Source of the DNA: Chlorokybus atmophyticus
Lineage: Eukaryota > Plantae > Mesostigma and Chlorokybus algae
Reading direction: 5' to 3'
Length of the DNA stretch: 19,002 bases
Assembly (NCBI GenBank): GCA_009103225.1
Contig: RHPI01001248.1
Span: forward strand, 1 to 19,002
Part shown: positions 18,076 through 19,002 of the stretch, piece after piece
Layout of the letters: each line of letters starts with the position of its first letter
How positions within the stretch are numbered: the stretch's first letter is position 1
Notes under the pieces: model-generated
What the model was told of the DNA's origin: nothing
What the model saw: the letters and a program-made list of their open reading frames with translations, nothing else
The model's database searches: none
Made by a program: the position numbers and the translations under genes

Positions 18076-18856
18076 TCTTAGATACTCTGCCGATGGTGGC
18101 TTGACGGGGACGAATCGTGCTGCTTATATAGGCCTCGCACACTTTGTACACCAAGTGAAATCGAGCCATGATAAATGCGCTTGGACATCTTGGACTACTG
18201 GTGGATACGACTTGCCGGGTGCCCACCACTCTTGAAGACACCACCTTGGTGAGGAGAAGAGTGTGGCAGGCGTATGCGGCTTTCGAGGCTTGTAATCTGC
18301 AAACAAGTTGGTGCAGGCAACATTAGGTTCATGTTTGCTGATATTGTTATGACTATGCGAGTTGCAGTACCTGTGGGAGATCTGACTATGATGTCAAGGG
18401 GATTGTGCCAGTTGCTGGCAGGGAAAGGCAAGTCATGTATATATGCATCGTATAAAAAGCGCCAATGCCGCATGACAACCGTAAGCTCGGGTATCATATG
18501 AGGCAAGTGGTCGGGCATGTGGTGATATACGTCTGCGAAAATGCAAGCAGTTTTGCATGAATGTGTTGTTCGACCGAAAACACCTACTCAGGTTGTCAAC
18601 AATCAGCAAGAAGACAACAGCAACAACCTACCAGGATGGTTTTGACGAATTGCCGTGACGATGCGAGCATAGCGTTGGTAGTTGATATTTCCGCGGCTTC
18701 TTTGAAACTTCAGATTCTTAACATCACGTATGATGTTCGACGGCCAATGCTTGAGAGAAAAGTTCACACGCAGGCAGTGGACGCCTGTCAGGGGTTCTTC
18801 ATCCGTATCATAATACAGCCTATAGTAGATTTCCAGCTCTTCCAGCTCGTCCTGTT
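18076..18856 (-). pseudogene. Spliced gene of unknown function (at least 3 exons), one in-frame TAA; 5' end beyond the GA tract
   Basis: Exons 18856-18632, 18532-18371 and 18296-18076 join through phase-1 GT-AG introns (99 and 74 nt). TAA at 18124-18126 is followed by a plausible coding continuation (AARFVPVKPPSAEYLR|gt). Confidence 0.5.
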
Positions 18857-18915
18857 CTGCGCACAAAGGAGATGTTGCACAGTTACATGGTGAGAAGCAG
18901 ACGCTTGACACGCGC

Positions 18916-18917
<2 letters not shown>

Positions 18918-19002
<85 letters not shown>
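18918..19002. repeat. (AG)n microsatellite running off the window end
   Basis: Uninterrupted AG repeat for 85 nt. Confidence 0.98.

Noticed and set aside
18195-18911. Helitron Rep similarity (LYYDTDEE, DIIVRSPTG)
   Set aside because: Only two short look-alike strings; the QYPLLFP motif, HUH motifs and helicase motifs are absent.
2232-19002. Endogenous giant virus or Polinton origin for the MTase/OTU/RING cluster
   Set aside because: No capsid, packaging ATPase, PolB or other hallmark gene is visible; the only mobility genes are the Plavaka transposase and the chromovirus. It is not excluded beyond the window.

Overview
Eukaryotic, transposon-dense window with short spliceosomal introns (about 55-150 nt) and TTTAGGG-type telo-boxes; a green alga or other Viridiplantae host is an inference. 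Left to right: (1) 3' end of a Ty3/gypsy chromovirus (RNase H tail, integrase, chromodomain, PPT, 3' LTR); (2) an apparently intact 4-exon gene for an OTU-like protease plus C-terminal RING-like finger; (3) a disrupted gene that I reconstruct as Cys-rich finger, Tudor domain and bacterial/phage-type C5 cytosine methyltransferase, split by a 3.7-kb CACTA-like insertion (CACAC...GTGTG ends, CTT 3-bp TSD, palindromic GGACCATG subterminal repeats); (4) tail-to-tail with it, a multi-exon Plavaka/CMC-type DDE transposase pseudogene; (5) a small spliced coiled-coil/acidic-tail gene, a DCAF11/LEC14B WD40 gene fragment with introns, an unknown spliced gene and a terminal (GA)n tract. The best candidate for an undescribed system is a Plavaka-type DNA transposon carrying a chromatin-reader-fused, prokaryote-derived DNA methyltransferase, possibly with ubiquitin-editing cargo. 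All domain calls come from motif recognition by eye. No outer element termini could be proven, and two single Ns (12326, 13411) look like assembly joins.
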